This document shows, in pieces, positions 1 through 14,000 of a stretch of 64,000 nucleotides of DNA. The stretch's first letter is position 1; every line of letters begins with the position of its first letter. The notes under the pieces are model-generated. The model did no database searches, was not told the DNA's origin, and saw only the letters and a list, made by a program, of their open reading frames with translations. The stretch spans positions 62,001-126,000 of the forward strand of contig JAHBMJ010000332.1 of NCBI GenBank assembly GCA_018398765.1. Reading direction: 5' to 3'. This DNA comes from Chromera velia (Eukaryota). The position numbers were made by a program, and so were the translations under genes.

Positions 1-341
1 ATATAGACAGAGGAGGTGCATCTTCTTTGGTTCTTGTCCCTCCATACTTGGTTCCAAACAAATGATGCCATTGGGCGTCCTGCTCTTGTGGGGGAAAAAA
101 CCGGTGGAGGGGTGGTCTGTTGTATGCTATATGCAGGTTTTGTCTTTTCTGAGGACCGAGGCACCTCCGTCCGGCATGTGTGCTTAAGACTAAAGCGAAG
201 GGGTCGCCTAGTCTTGCAAGCCTTCAAATACCCCATAGAACCTAGGTTGCCTGGTTGCGTAATGAATTTCTGCATAGCATGCCGGGTTGGCCAGAGCCTA
301 AGAGGTGGCTCACCGGCTTTAACCTAACTCATTAATTCATA
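1..341 (+). mobile_element. 3' end of a decayed non-LTR (LINE) retrotransposon, truncated by the window edge
   Basis: Frameshifted 'TEEVHLLW..CP' at ~7-40 resembles the C-terminal zinc-knuckle motif DEIHLxxEC of the LINEs at ~33385 and ~39265. The terminus GTGGCTCACCGGCTTTAACC-TAACTCATTAATTCAT matches the LINE end at 33746-33783 (GTGGCTCACCAGTTTTAACC..AATTCAATTCAAT). Confidence 0.55.
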
Positions 342-552
342 TAGTGTATCTGCCTATAGACCGATTAATAATTATGATGATATGCATGCAAAATAAATAT
401 GATGCAAAAGAAGTTGTGTCCGCACTGTTTAAGTTCCGAGTCAATTCAAAGATTACCACTGCAATGAGAAGGACGCTAATATGTATCACGTTATACATAC
501 TGTTGACAGTCTGTTGTGCTTCAGTTGCTGTTGCATGTTTATGACCTGCAGT

Positions 553-3074
553 TTATGACTTTTTGAGGGGCCCCATTCCCCAAAAGTCCTCTACAATCGT
601 ATCTCCTGCTTTATGCTCTGCGGCCCCCCCTGCCCTCTCCTGTCCCTTTCCCTCCTCTGTCGAAAGTTTCACCCCTGCTTTTCCTTTATCCCCTCTCCCT
701 GGAAGAGGCGCCAGGCCAAGGAACAACTCCCCTGATGCCCCCATGCTCTTCTTGAAGGCTTCTCTCTCCTCTTTTGAGTCCGGAATCCGCGAGACACCCT
801 CTCCCTGTTTCACCGTCCCCAAACTTTTTGCCCCTATTTCTTCCAGCTTCGAGGCGGGAAGACTGGAGGTCAGGAAGGGTTCGAAGCCCATCTGCAGGAT
901 CGAGACGCAGGCATACGACGGTACATTCTTGCAGTGAGTATCAAAGAGATAGGACAGTGAATTCAGGCTTCTGCACAATTGTCTCCAGCAGCAGAGGAAA
1001 AGCAACTTGTCTTTTTCTGAAACCCATCCCATACCGAGAGAACACTACAGGCATTCAATCATGCGCCTCCCTCCCTCCCTCCCTCCCTCCAGAAACGATC
1101 AGGTCTGTCAATCCGTCATCAGAAATTCAAATGCATGACGGAAAAAGAATGAAACACTCATGTTTTTTGTTGACCCACCTCCACCGTCACGCTTCCCTCC
1201 ACATTTTTGATTGTCGTCTTTGGACCTCGCTGAAGGCGCCCCGTCACACTGGTCCCTGCAGAGCTGCTTGTGGGCATAACGAACTCCGCATACCCGATGT
1301 CCTGCAGCGTCACGTCCTGGTCGTACACGTTCACACGCACCAGCCGGGCGTCTCCTTGGGGACCAGCCTGCGATCGAGAGAGAGAGAGAGAGACAGAGCG
1401 TGATGGATGGATGGATGGATGCCGTCTGTTCTCTTCCTTTTGATACATGAAGGTCTGTACATCTGCTTCTGCAGAGGGTGAGAGACTCCTTGAGGACCTT
1501 CTTACTTGCCGATGACTGTACAGAAAAGCAACGGGAACGGAATTATCGTCTTCTGTTGCGCTGGGACCGGAAACGGAAGAATACTACATGCACACCAGAC
1601 CGCGACGCTGCATGGGAAGTGAGGAACGCAAGCCGTGATCGAAAGCGGTAAAATCATTCTTTTCAAAGCCTGCAGTCTCTCTGTCTGTCTGTTTGTTTGT
1701 CTGTTTCTTGCTTTTCTCTTGCCCGTCTTTGTGTGTGACTAACCTCAGGGAAGTCGACAAAGAACCTGAATTTGTTCTTTTTCCATTGGGGGTTTAAGTT
1801 GTCTTGTATCACCTCCGTCGTCTCCGTCTGAAAGCACCGCATAGAAGCAGAAGGACAGCAAGCAAATGTCAAGAAGAGCTGAATTCCAGTGAAGATTGGA
1901 ATGAACTGAATGAGGGCATGAAGACAGAAGAAGCCGGAATCCCCCGCGTATTGGTGTCATGAATGGTCTCAAGAAAAGGCACTCCTTTCTTTCGACGCCG
2001 GGCATCCAACACTCCTTTCCTTTCTCTAAGCAGATGCGCAGATGGTCAATTGGTCTGCTGCTTTCCATGTGATTCACCTGCATTGCACGAACTTCCTGCC
2101 CTCATTCCCTCCCTCTCTTCCGACCTTTGTCGTTCCTGACTCGTTGAGCTGCACAATGACCTGCACAGAGAGACAGACACACATACACAGCCATCGAGAT
2201 ATATACACACATGCAGATATAGATAGATGGATAGATATAGATAGATAGATAGACAGATAGAGACAACCAGTAACAGATAGAGATAAAGAGAGAGATAGAT
2301 AAAGAGAGAGAGACGACAGACAGGGAGAGAGAGATAAAGAGAGAGAGGAGATGGAAAAACTTTCCGCCTGCTTTGTCTTGAAAGCATGCAACGGCACCGA
2401 TAAATTTCGAAGGGGCGAACACAAAATCACCTTCCCCTTTATCCAGTATCGTCTGATCACACAATTGACACACAGACCCTAGCTGCAATCAAAGGAGATC
2501 AAAAGGGTTTTCTTCTTTCTTTCCCCAATCGAATTCAGGCAGTCAGTCAGTCAATCGGTTTTTTGACATCCTCATAACCCATGCATACACCCACGCACCT
2601 CTGCTTGAGCGTCAGTGGCCTGTTCCTTCTTGTCGTCCTTCCTTCTGAACAAATTGGCCCCCCACTGATAGGCCTGGTCGAGGACCGAAACGTCCGTGTT
2701 GGGGAGTCCCGTTGCGCCTGCCACCTGATGAGACGAAATAAAGCAACGCAAAGCAAAACAATTTTTCGAGGTGAGAGGGGGAAACGGGGCCGATACTGAC
2801 ACACGAAAAAAGCTCAAGAAAGAATGCCCGGATCAAGGCAGATACACAGCGACATGCAGAGATGGATGCACACACAAAAAGCGTGAAGGCAAGGAGAGAG
2901 GTGTGTTCACACTACTGCCCAAGTGCCAACGACAGATCACGAGGAGACATGGGCCCAAAAGAAGACATGCAGAAAAGGTAGAGAAGCACAGGAAAAAGAA
3001 TAGGAAGAGAAGACGAGAAGGAAAGATGGAGGGGACAAAGACACAAAGAGACCGATGCACACACACACACACGT

Positions 3075-3137
<63 letters not shown>

Positions 3138-6100
3138 TGTGGCTTTGGTGTTCCGAAACACTACGCTGACAGCTACGGAAACCGACAGACAGACAGACTA
3201 TATGTTTCTTCTTCTCCCTTCTTTTCTTCAGACAGAGAGACAGACAGACATCAGAGAAAGCCCAGGCACCCACCCACCTTTACGGTAAGCCAACCCTGCA
3301 ACCGCTTCTTCAGGGGTCCTTGCACGACTGCACCCAAAGAGAGGAAGGAGAACAGAGAAGAAAGAAAAAGAGGATGAGAGGACAGGAGAGGAGGGAAGAA
3401 GCAAAGTTCTTCTTGTACAATGCTCAACGGGAGTCTGCAGCTTTTTCATCGAGGGTGTCCCTCGATTTATACTCCTACTCATTAATGCAGGAGCAGGAAA
3501 TCTCGGTTGAATGTCGCAAAAAAGATCCACGGTCTTGTTGGCTGAAGTCAGTTCTGGACCCGTTCATCACTCTCGTCCCTAATGAATCCGAACAGGACCG
3601 CACAACGGATAATCACCGTCGATTACAACAGCTGTTGTTATGTCATGTCAAAAAGAAGAGACGAGATGAGGAGAGAGAGGAACCGAGCTGACCTTCTGCC
3701 TTCAGCTCTTTCTTGTCGGAGTCTATTTCGGGGATCCATCTGAGCTCTGCCGTGATGGCCCCGGCAGGCGCGTCGTGGGCTCCTGGCTGCTTTAGAGGGA
3801 AGTCGGAGAACTTCCATAGTCCTGAACGGACACAGTCAGTGCAATAAACAGAGGAACAGACAGATATCAGCAAGCGGCTGAAAGAGAACAGGTTGAAGAG
3901 AAGAGATCATGATTTCTCATGCATGTCATACATTTCTCTTGCACGCACCATCCATCCATCCGTCCCCAGACTCGACTCGCGTTGGACAGCCCAGAAATTT
4001 TCCTCCTATGCTTCGGCCCATCCTTCCATCCACCGAACCCATCCATCCAACCATTCATTCAGTCTTTCAAGGAGTCAGCAGCCGAGAGAGAGACCCACCC
4101 TTTGAGCCAGGCAACGGAACTTCCAAGACGGATTTGGTCGTGGAGCCGAAAAAGTTTCCTTGAAGGTTAACCTGCCCGCAACCAATTCGTCATTCACATT
4201 CATGCAGGTCCTTCCTTGTGGAGGCAAAAGTCTGGACAGTCGTATATCTGTCTGCCGCTCTCTTCTCTGCTCTCCCCTTGCGCATGACTGAGGCCCAACT
4301 GTAGGGGATGAAAGAGGATTAAACCATCTCTCGAGCGGATGCCATTGGAGACCAGCAGGAGAAAAGGAGTCAACGCAGTGAGTGTGCGGCTCGGTGTGTC
4401 TGTCTAGTTCCGTCTGTGTGAGTGCCACTGCATGTCTCTCTGAGAGCTACTTCCTTCCTTCCTTCCTTCCGGCTGACATGGAACTGTACAGTGGCCCCGA
4501 CGCCCCCTTGCTTCTTCATGTGCAGTTTCTTGTCGGCCTCCGTCATCTCACTCAGCGCCTTCGCTATGGCTGTCGGGTGGTCTGGGAGGTTCACCTGCAG
4601 GGATGGGACGAGCGGGATGGATGGAGAAAGATTGAAAAGGGAAACTAAAGAACGATGGTCAGAAAGAGGGCCCCAGGGACAATGGTGTGTATAAGGGAGC
4701 GGAGCCCTGAAGAATGAGTGGGTGCAAAATATGGAACGAAACATCTGTGGCAAAGAAGGTATTAAGGAACCGTAAAGAATTTAGCTGCACGGCAGGTGAA
4801 GAGAGAGGCTGTCAAAAACCTGAAGTCCTGACAGGAAGCAAATTCGAGGGATCACAATTGAGAGGTTAGAAAGACCGAACGGGATGTGATCAGGCTTGCC
4901 TACTTTTTTTCTCTCTTTCTGTGCGCCCAACACGATCCATTTGCCAACCAGTTTTCTGACAGTCCTCCGCGCAAGCTGGCAAGCACTTTTACAGCTCCCT
5001 AAATTCTAAGCAGACATCTACGCACGCATAAATCAATCCACTCATCAGGGCACCCATCTGACCTGAACTTCCTCTTCATGATTCCAGACCGGGCACTTGG
5101 ATCTGGAGGCCACGGGCGTCTTGAAGGAGTGGGGAACCTTGTCTCCCGTGGGGACCTGCAGGGAAGACAAGACAAGACAGGGCAAAAAGAGGGAGTGCGT
5201 GGGGGGATGAAATAATGCGTGAGAGCTAGAGTGCGGGAGTGAGTGAGCCCACGGAAAAAAGAAAAAAAGACAGACAGTGTTGGCTGTGCATTTCAAAAGA
5301 GCTTCCACCGAAGACACTGGAGTGACGAGAAGTTCTCTTTTGCCGCGAGGAATTCCATCAGAAAGACGCTGCACTCGGATGAGTTCCGTGTATTTTGTGC
5401 GTGAGGGAGATCAGATGTCAAAAGGCTGTCTTGCAATGAAAGAATTCTTCTTCAGCCAGGAATAAAAGCAGAACCAGAATTCTTTGTCTGACGCAGTCCA
5501 ACATCAGCATCGGGTGCCCCAACAAACGGACACGCACAAACAGAAATCAAGCAAAAACCAGGAACAGATTGGGAAAAAAAGAAAGTCCAGTTGACGTACG
5601 ATTACTTCCACAAAGGCGCTCCCATCTACAGGCAGGTCTCTTGCAGAGAGGATGGAGACGTTCAGGCTGCCTCTGTAGGGAAATTGAGCGTTCTTCGTGG
5701 CTGAGTATTCCTTCACAACGTCTGCAATCAAACGCAAAGACAGACATAGAACAGAATCAGAAACACGGGACTCCTTCTACGACCAACAGAAGTACCCTTG
5801 TACGTGTGCACGGCTTGCAGGGACATCCAAACGAGACAGGAGGAGAACACGGGCAGGTGGACGCTCACACACCTTGAGCGAACGAGAGACGTGGAGAAAA
5901 GGCAGAAGTCCAAAAGTGGCGATGAGAGTCTCTTGAGATTTGAGGAAGAGCAGAGAAGACAGGCGTAAGAGAGGAACCATTTCATGGACATTGCGGTAGA
6001 GAATAGAAAAGAGCGGAAAAAGAAGCCTGAATAGGACCAAGGAAGAACATGAAGGTAGAGAAAGCAGAGAAAATCGCAGAGATGAGAAAGAAGAAGACAG

Positions 6101-6947
6101 AGTCCATCTAGCAATCATAGAAGACAAGAAGCATATGAATGTCTAGTCAACAACTGACGAGTCGTGTCCCTTTCAAACTTGTCGATGTCCGTGTGGGCGT
6201 CCACCATGATCACCTGCAGGCAGGATCGAAGACACACAGACAACACAATATGTGGTACACCAAAAAGTAAGGAACTCGAGTTTCTTCTCGAGTGTGGATT
6301 TTGCATTTTGCAAAAGGAAAAAGAATATCCTGCGCTGAATCAAGGCGGGGGACGCGATATCAAGGAGTTGGGAGAGAGAGACAAAGAACCGCAGGACGTA
6401 TTTTTGCACAGAGGGGGAGTCGGAGAGAGAAATGGAGAAGTGCGAGGGCGACGGCCAAGAAGAGAATCAGAACTGAAGAGAATCCATTTAGAGACCGACC
6501 TGCAAAGTCAGTGACCCCTCCGTCATCTCTGCCTCCCCCTCTCCTGCTGCTACCGCTGCCGATGCGGTGACTGCAGACGGTTTCACCTCCCCCTCCCCTG
6601 GGGCTTTCCGCAGAGGCAGCGTGTAGAGAGTGGAGGAGTTCAACTCAGGAGCAGGGAGCCCCACGAAGCCCAGGAAATCTTTCCCTGTCTGGATGCCTAC
6701 TATCTTGTCTTGGTCGAAGATGGTCACGTGGATGAGGGTCTGCTCTTTCCCCGGTTTCTGTGGTGCACATGCAGACACAAAAAGGAAAGATGATATTCCA
6801 CACCAATCATGACGTTGACTTCGTAAGTTCATCCTTGAAGCTGTCCCTTATGCGACTGTGGAGTGGGTTGCAGTGAGGCAGAAAAAGAAAACAGGGACTG
6901 ACTTATCGAATCACACACACTCACACTCACACTCACACTCACACACA

Positions 6948-6980
<33 letters not shown>

Positions 6981-7318
6981 GCCGACCTCCGGATAGTTGA
7001 CAGAAAACTCCAGAGTCTCATCCCATGAAGGGTTCTTTGTCTTCTGCCTGACTGCCGTGTTCTCTCTCTTCTTCGACCGCGGGTCGTTTGTCTCCTGGAT
7101 CTCCACGGTCACAAACGGATCTGCATGCGTTGACATGCGAATGAACAAAAAGACAGGTGAAGAGACATAACGGAGAGAGAGAGACCAGAAGAGGTACCAA
7201 AGGGAAGGAAAACAGAAGGTAGACACTCAGACAGCCCTACAGATAGATCGACCCACAGATACCAAGAGACTCCGAGAGGCAAAGAGTAAGAGAGAAGGGA
7301 GGAAAGAAGAAACTGATT

Positions 7319-7350
<32 letters not shown>

Positions 7351-10300
7351 AAAAAAGAAATCAAGGACGAAAAGAGAGGGACAGGTTCTTAACTAAAGTC
7401 CACGTACCACTAGAGCCACCCATAATGTTCCAATCAGCAGTGCGAAGATCAATTGCTGAAAGTCTCTGCAGTCAGAAAGCAGAGGAAAACGGAGAACAAT
7501 CTCAAGAAAGAATTTTATGGACAGTGCGTGCCGCGCCAAGCGAAAGATGTTCAAATTCCCCAAAAGCAACCCGACGGACAAACAGAGAGGCACACGGCCC
7601 ATACAGGCATTGATCCCCCCTCCCCTGAGTTCATCTGCATGACACTCTGCATTCTTGCTCTCAAAGTATTGCAGAGTCTTTCTGGTTTGGTTCAGCTGTA
7701 CTTTTCTCTCTCCACCCAGAAAGAAACCGTATCTTTCTCCGTCTATCTGTTTCTCTGCCTGTCTCTCTGTCTGTCTGCCGAAACAAACCCACTCTCTCAT
7801 GCATGGAGTAATCAGGACCGAGACCCACCTTGATTCGCAGTGTTCCCCTGTACGCGTTCGCATTCAATGGTGCCTCGGGAATGACTGCACACGCCGCCAT
7901 GAGTACAGATGGACAGCAGAGTGACACGCAAAAAGACAACAAGTAACACCCACGAAAGAACAGAAAGAAACCAATTTGAAAGAGGGGAGAAAACAAAATG
8001 CTGAAAGATTGCAGGAGAGCCGTCCTTAAGGGAAAGCTTTCTCGATGGATGTGAGATCGGTGTTGGTCAAGCACCTACTCCTGATCTACAGACACATCAA
8101 ATTCTGAAGAAGCAAAGGAAAAAGAAATGCGACAGCTGCTCTCTGTGTCTGATTCGCTTCCACAGGGTTCTCTCTGGAGCAATTATCACTTCTCTTAAGA
8201 GCTCTTTGCATATCGAACCTCTTCTTCTGATCCATGAATGCACTGAAGGAAAGCAAGCCGACAGAGAACGAAAGAACCGATGGAGGGACCGATCGACGGA
8301 CTCTCTTCGCGACTGACCTAGGGGGTCTCGAGTAACGTCCGCACAGAGAAAAGGAATCCAGTGGAGTTTCAGGCTCAAACTTCCTCTCTTTCCAATCTTT
8401 TTCGGGTCCGTCTCCTGTTTTTTTTCCTTGCCCTTCTTCGTTTGCTTCTCGAGATGCCTCTCGACGTTCCACTCAACCACCCCCCAGTTATTCGGACCCG
8501 AACTTTTGGCCCCCCCACTGAAACCCTTGTCCTTCTGCATGCTCAGAGCCTTCCTCAGCAGTTCGTTGTCTGAAGAGAACAGAGGTGCGAGGTCGATCTC
8601 TGTCTGTCCAAGGAACTCCCCGGAGGACATGATCCCGTCATCGTCTCGAATGACCACCTGGAGAGGGTCTGTGGGGATCTGCATGGGGAAATGGAAGATA
8701 TGAGTTCTCTTAATTCCTTTGTTTTACATGTTCTTGCAAAACGGGAATGGAGAAAGAGAGAGAAAGAGAGACAGAAGGGGAGAGATAGAAAGAGGAAGGG
8801 AGAAGCGTGTGCGAGGAAAATGAGAAAAACCGAATTGTGGTGCTTCCATGTTGCGATCAAAAGACAGACCTCTCCCGGCCACAGAATAGAGAAGCTTTTC
8901 TCTTCGTTCCACACAGGGGAGAGGCAGTCGTTCTTTGTTGAGGTCTTCCAGGGCACATTCGGAGGGTCTGCCCCTTGGTGTTGTGGGACGTCCACAATGC
9001 AGAAGGGATCACTGACGTCTCCAGAGGATCTGAAGAAATTCGAGTCCTCGTCCTTCAACTCACTCGCAGAGACACCTGAATGGAACGATCAGGAAAGGGA
9101 ATGAGCAGGGAGAGGGGAGATAAACCGCCACACTCCCATGAAAAACTCGAAGTCGTTAGAGCCTTCCCACGTCCATCAATCGTTGAAGTCATCGTAGACT
9201 CAAAATGGATGCATGAAAGGAGAAGAAAACCCAAAGCCCGAGGATCTACGAAAGAGACAGACCACAATCACGACCCAAGAAGTCTGCCTGACTCAGTTTA
9301 AATTCCTGCATGGAAGTCCCGTTGCCATTTTCTCTGTCTTATTTTCTCTTGCTCCTCCAGGCAGACAGACCAACAGATGCAGAGACTGACAGTCACAGAG
9401 ACAAAGAGACAGACAGACAGGCAGACAGACAGACGGACAAAAAGAGAAACCGACAAAAGACCGTCAGACAGACAGACAGACATTTGACCAAGAGAATTCC
9501 CAGAGGTCCCCTGATCATCCTTTCTGCCTCTGCATCGAATTCTCCCCTCTCCCTGTTTTGTGAACTCTCGATCAACGACAGCAGCTGTTCTGCCTCCTTG
9601 GACCCCTTGTCTCCTCCAAACAGTCCCGAGAACCAGCCTCCCTTCTTCTCCTTCTTCTTCTTCTCTGCCTCATCTCCCTCCGTCCCCTCATCCTGACTAG
9701 AGGGCTTCCTCTGAAAGGGTTGCCAATCAACATCGACAATCAACACTCCCTGAGGGTGGAGACTTTTCACGTGACGGAGTTTCTGGTCGACAAAGCAGGA
9801 CTGCATCTCGGCATCCCGTTTATTCTTTGGGAACGGAATTTTGGCGGATGCCAGTTGGTTGTTGTGGTCGTTCTCGTCTGTGATCGTGGCCTCTATGTAC
9901 ATCCCCTCGGGGGGGCCTTCCTGCAGGCATGCGGTAGTGTGGGTGGGAGGGGGACAAGATGGAGAGGCATGGGAGAAGAGAGGGGACCCAGAGAAACTGA
10001 TTTGCCTGATTTCTGTACTGTCTTTCCAACACAACGTTGGTTCTCTGATAACCCCTCTGAAAGAAAAGAGGCTAAAAATGGCCGACGAAAGAATCCATGA
10101 GGCCTGCCTGCCTGATCAAATGACCAGGAAGGCGGCCGATTGTGAAAAGACGGAAGGAAAACGCGAACCCACCGCTGTGTAGCTGACGCCCCAAGTTCCT
10201 GATTGGAGCCACTGGGGTTGCGCCGTGTTGTGGCCGACCCGGAAGCTGCAGGCACTTACTTGTTCAAATTCAGATGCGGACATGGAGAGTCAAAAAAAGG

Positions 10301-11040
10301 GAGACAAAGCAGTGGGAGATGAACGGACACGTACGAAAGCTCAAACGAAACGGACACCTGAACCCTGCATGTGCGAATTCATTTCCCTTTTTTCTGAGCA
10401 GAGCGAACAACTGAGAAAATACAGGGGAAAGGAATGGAATCAGAGCCCCTGATGACCATAACGTGACTTTTCAAGCATGCTGGCTGTTTTGGGAAGAGCA
10501 CAGGACACTTTACCGGCTTTGCATTTAGACATTTGTTCTGCCTGCTTCACGGAGGTTTTCCTGCCGGACTTACTGTTTCCACTCAGGTTTTGCGTTCTCT
10601 TTTGGAATGGCGATGTTCAACTTCGGCCTCATGCGAGAGGCATCAGCCGCGCCTGGGGGGGCAAAGCCGAACGCTGTGATAGCCTGCAGAATGTTTAAAG
10701 CGAAAGACTTAGAAGTGGTGCATATGCATTCTAATTGCATGCTCTCTGTTGCAGTACCGATATGTGTTTTGATGGTAGGATTTGGTCTGAGTGAAGATCT
10801 GCAGATCAGAAACAATACCTTTGTGCTCTGCTTGAAGAAGGACCTCAGGACCATGAATACTCAGGACCAGGAAATCCGAATGTATACTCAAAAAAGCGTA
10901 TTACAAGAGCCTCCAGTGTGGGTTTCTTAAACGTGTCTCAACGAAAGTTGCTGGAAAATCAACAAGTTCATTTCCTCTGACAAAATTAAATCAACAGAGG
11001 AACCCAGTAACGAACCTGAATGGTCAGGTTGCCAATGTAG
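553..11040 (-). other. Five tandem C2 domains of the large gene
   Basis: C2A IGNLTIQ|AITAFGF..HNTAQPQW; C2B SDPFCIVDV..KTSTKNDCLSPVWNEE..VVIRDDDGIMSSGEFLGQTEIDL; C2C GTLRIK..DLRTADWNIMGGSSDPFVTV..TKNPSWDETLEF..IFDQDK..DFLG; C2D GSLNVSILSARDLP..KCPVWNHE; C2E VAGATGLPNTD..IQDNLNPQW..VNVYDQD..DIG. Confidence 0.85.
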
Positions 11041-14000
11041 CAGTCTGCAGCGCTCACAGTCGGGGTGCTGTCTGCAGTTACTGCAGCTGCTTTCTCTGCA
11101 TTCTTCTTCTCTCTCTCCGCGTCTTCCTGTCTTCTCCTCTCGTCTTCGGCACGGCGTCTCTTCTCGTCCTCGGCACGTTGTCCTGCCAGGTCTCTCTGCA
11201 GAAAAAGAAATCAAAAGAAGGGAAAGGGAGCAGAGAGTCAATCAAGAGAGACCGGACAAGAAAGAAGGGCAAAAGGGGGGTAATCAAGTGCTCCAGAAAA
11301 GAAAAAAGAGAAAGATAAGATTGAAAGAGTCCGAAAACAAAAGAAACCAGACAATGAGGCAGGAAAACAACGAAACAATCACACCTACAGTCGAGGAATC
11401 CTTTCCAATGAGCAGTTGGGGCAATTAAGGGAAATCCTGGGACAAAAGGGACAGAGAACGAGAGGGACCACATGCAGGCCAAATCAAGGATGAATGCGAC
11501 AGACCCACCGCCATTTTGTCCCTCTCGGTTTGCAGCTTCTCTCTAATCTCCCTTTCCATTGCTTCCCTCTCTTTCTGTGCCTGTTGCATTTTGTTTCTCG
11601 CCTCTTCCATTTGCTTTCTTGCCTCCTTCTCCATCCTGGTCATCTTCTCGTCGTCATCGATCCTCTCTCTCTTCGCTGTCTCCAGCTCCTTTCTGAGCTT
11701 GTGCACTTCGTGGTCGCGTTCCTCCAGCTGTCTCTGCAGGTCAGACCGCCTGCATCCATGCATCATTCAGAAGAAGAAAAAGGCGAAGGGGAGTGAAAAT
11801 GACGGGCTGTATCGCTCTGCCTTGCTTCCCTGAATACAGAAGATTCCGAAGACAAGAGAATCGTGGACTCAAACGGAAAGGGAAAAAAGAAAGAAAAATT
11901 ATTGCGAAACTTTCTCTCAGCTGCACAATCACTTCAGATGCAGGCATGATGTTTTTTTTTTTATGCAATGATTATGCCTATGCACACACCGTCTGTCACA
12001 CAGAATTCCTTCACTCAGTCGAATGAATCACCATCAAATCGTACTATTTTGCATGCAGAGTCTCGACAAAAAAAATGAACTTCCAGCCAGGTGGACAGGG
12101 ACATCCGTGCACACGGAAACGGAGAGCTGCGCGATTCAAGAAAATAAGCAATTAAGACGGAAAGAAAGAAAGGAAGGAAGGCAGACAGAGAGTGAAAGAC
12201 ACACACACAAAAAATGACCCTCTCAAGTCGGCTTCGGTCTGTCGATTCTTCACCTCCTCTAATTTCTTTTCTGTGGCCTCCAATTGCTCCTGCACGGTTT
12301 TGCTTTTTCTCTTCTGAGACGCCAAATTGTCTTCAGAGATATCCAGCATCCGCGCTTTGTGCTGCAGCTCCTCCTGCAGAGTAGTGAGCCCACAAACGGC
12401 AAAACAAATGTAAATGAACAAAGAAAGAACTGCATGTTTTTTTACTCCACAATCAATCGAGGTGGTTTTGCATGGGTCGGTCGCTTAGATATAGAGACTC
12501 GGGAACCGTCCTCCATCGAAGGAAATAAGAACTCACTCACACCGCTTTCGAAAACCACTACAAGACCCCCAAGCCCGTGCATGCACGATGCACCACGCAC
12601 ACCTCAATGCTCTGACCGACCGACCGACCCGCAATTTCCTCTCGACCTCCTCAAGTTTGCGGATTTTTTCCTCATCTGCAACCTTCTCGGCGGCGTCCTC
12701 GGCAACAATTTCCGTCTTCGCAGCCATCAATTGACGCTCTCTGAAAACCCACAGAAGGGCGGACAGACACACAAACAGAGAGACAGGGTGAAGCAGACAG
12801 GCACGCACACAGACACTCATACATCGACACAAACGCACACACGCACACACACGAACACGAGAGAGAGAGAGAGAGAGAGAGAGACTGACAGACAGAGAGA
12901 GACAGAGAGGTGGTGGGTCGATTCAACACCTTTGAGCTGATGGGTTTGTCTCTCATACGCTTCGTCTGGAAAATTCACTTTTGCATGCAGAAGGTTTTCC
13001 AAACAATTTTTTACACGACTAAATTTATCTCTCCCCCCAACCGCAAAGCGCACGGCCGACGAGCGACTGTGCTTTTCGATGTCTGAAAACAATGCGAGCT
13101 CTCGAATGAAAAAAAACTTCCTCCAGCGACATGCAGACAGACCTGCGTGCTGCTGCCGCCTCTCCCTCTGCCGCCCCGACTGCCGCTCTGGACTCGTCGA
13201 GTTGCTCCTGCAGCTCCTTCGTGCGCAGTTTGAGGAACGTGATGGCTGCGTCTGCCTCCGCCAGCTGCGTGGTAGAAGCCCGCAAGGCCGCGTTCTCTGT
13301 CTGCAGCCCCGCAGCGACGGTGTCTCGCTCCCTCATTGCGGCCTCGGCTATCTGCATCAACCAAAGAGATATAGCGTGGAAGGAACTATGGGCACATGCA
13401 GAAAATCGAGAGGGCATTTGGGAGAAGAAGTCACGTCAAAGAAGGACAGATGCACAACTGTTGCATCAACATGAAGAGCAGAAATCGGAGAGTATTGCCT
13501 TACTTCTGCCTCTTTTATTGAAGTGACGACCGACAAGACAAGATTTCACAGTCTCCTGCATTAAATCGAGCTCTCACGATCTTGCTTGCATCTTTTCTGA
13601 CCTCTCTGGTCCTCCTGGGTCCATGACGGCCTTCCTTTATTCTGGTCTTCTTTTTTCGTCAAGTTCTTCTTCTTTTTTCTTTCTTTCTTTTCGCTCACAA
13701 GAGAAACAAAAGAGGAGAAACAAAAGGAAAGACAGAGACACTGTGTGTTTCTTTCTTTTCGGAAGGGTAGACTGGAAAACAGATGGACGGAAAGACAGGA
13801 AGCACAAGTGACCTTCTGTGAGGCTTCTGCGTGTGCAGCCTTCAGTTGTGACTCCACGGCGCTTTTCCTCTCAATATCAAGGGCCCCTGCAAGCAGACAG
13901 AAGAGACAATCACACAGACAGACAGACAGACAGACAGACAGAAGGAGAGACGGACAGAAAGACACAATTTGAAGCAAAACCAGCATTCGGCCAACAGCAG

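Noticed and set aside
10512..10575. Apparent in-frame TAA after EWKQ suggesting stop-codon reassignment
   Set aside because: The TAA is part of a GTAAG donor, and splicing to the next exon keeps the frame.
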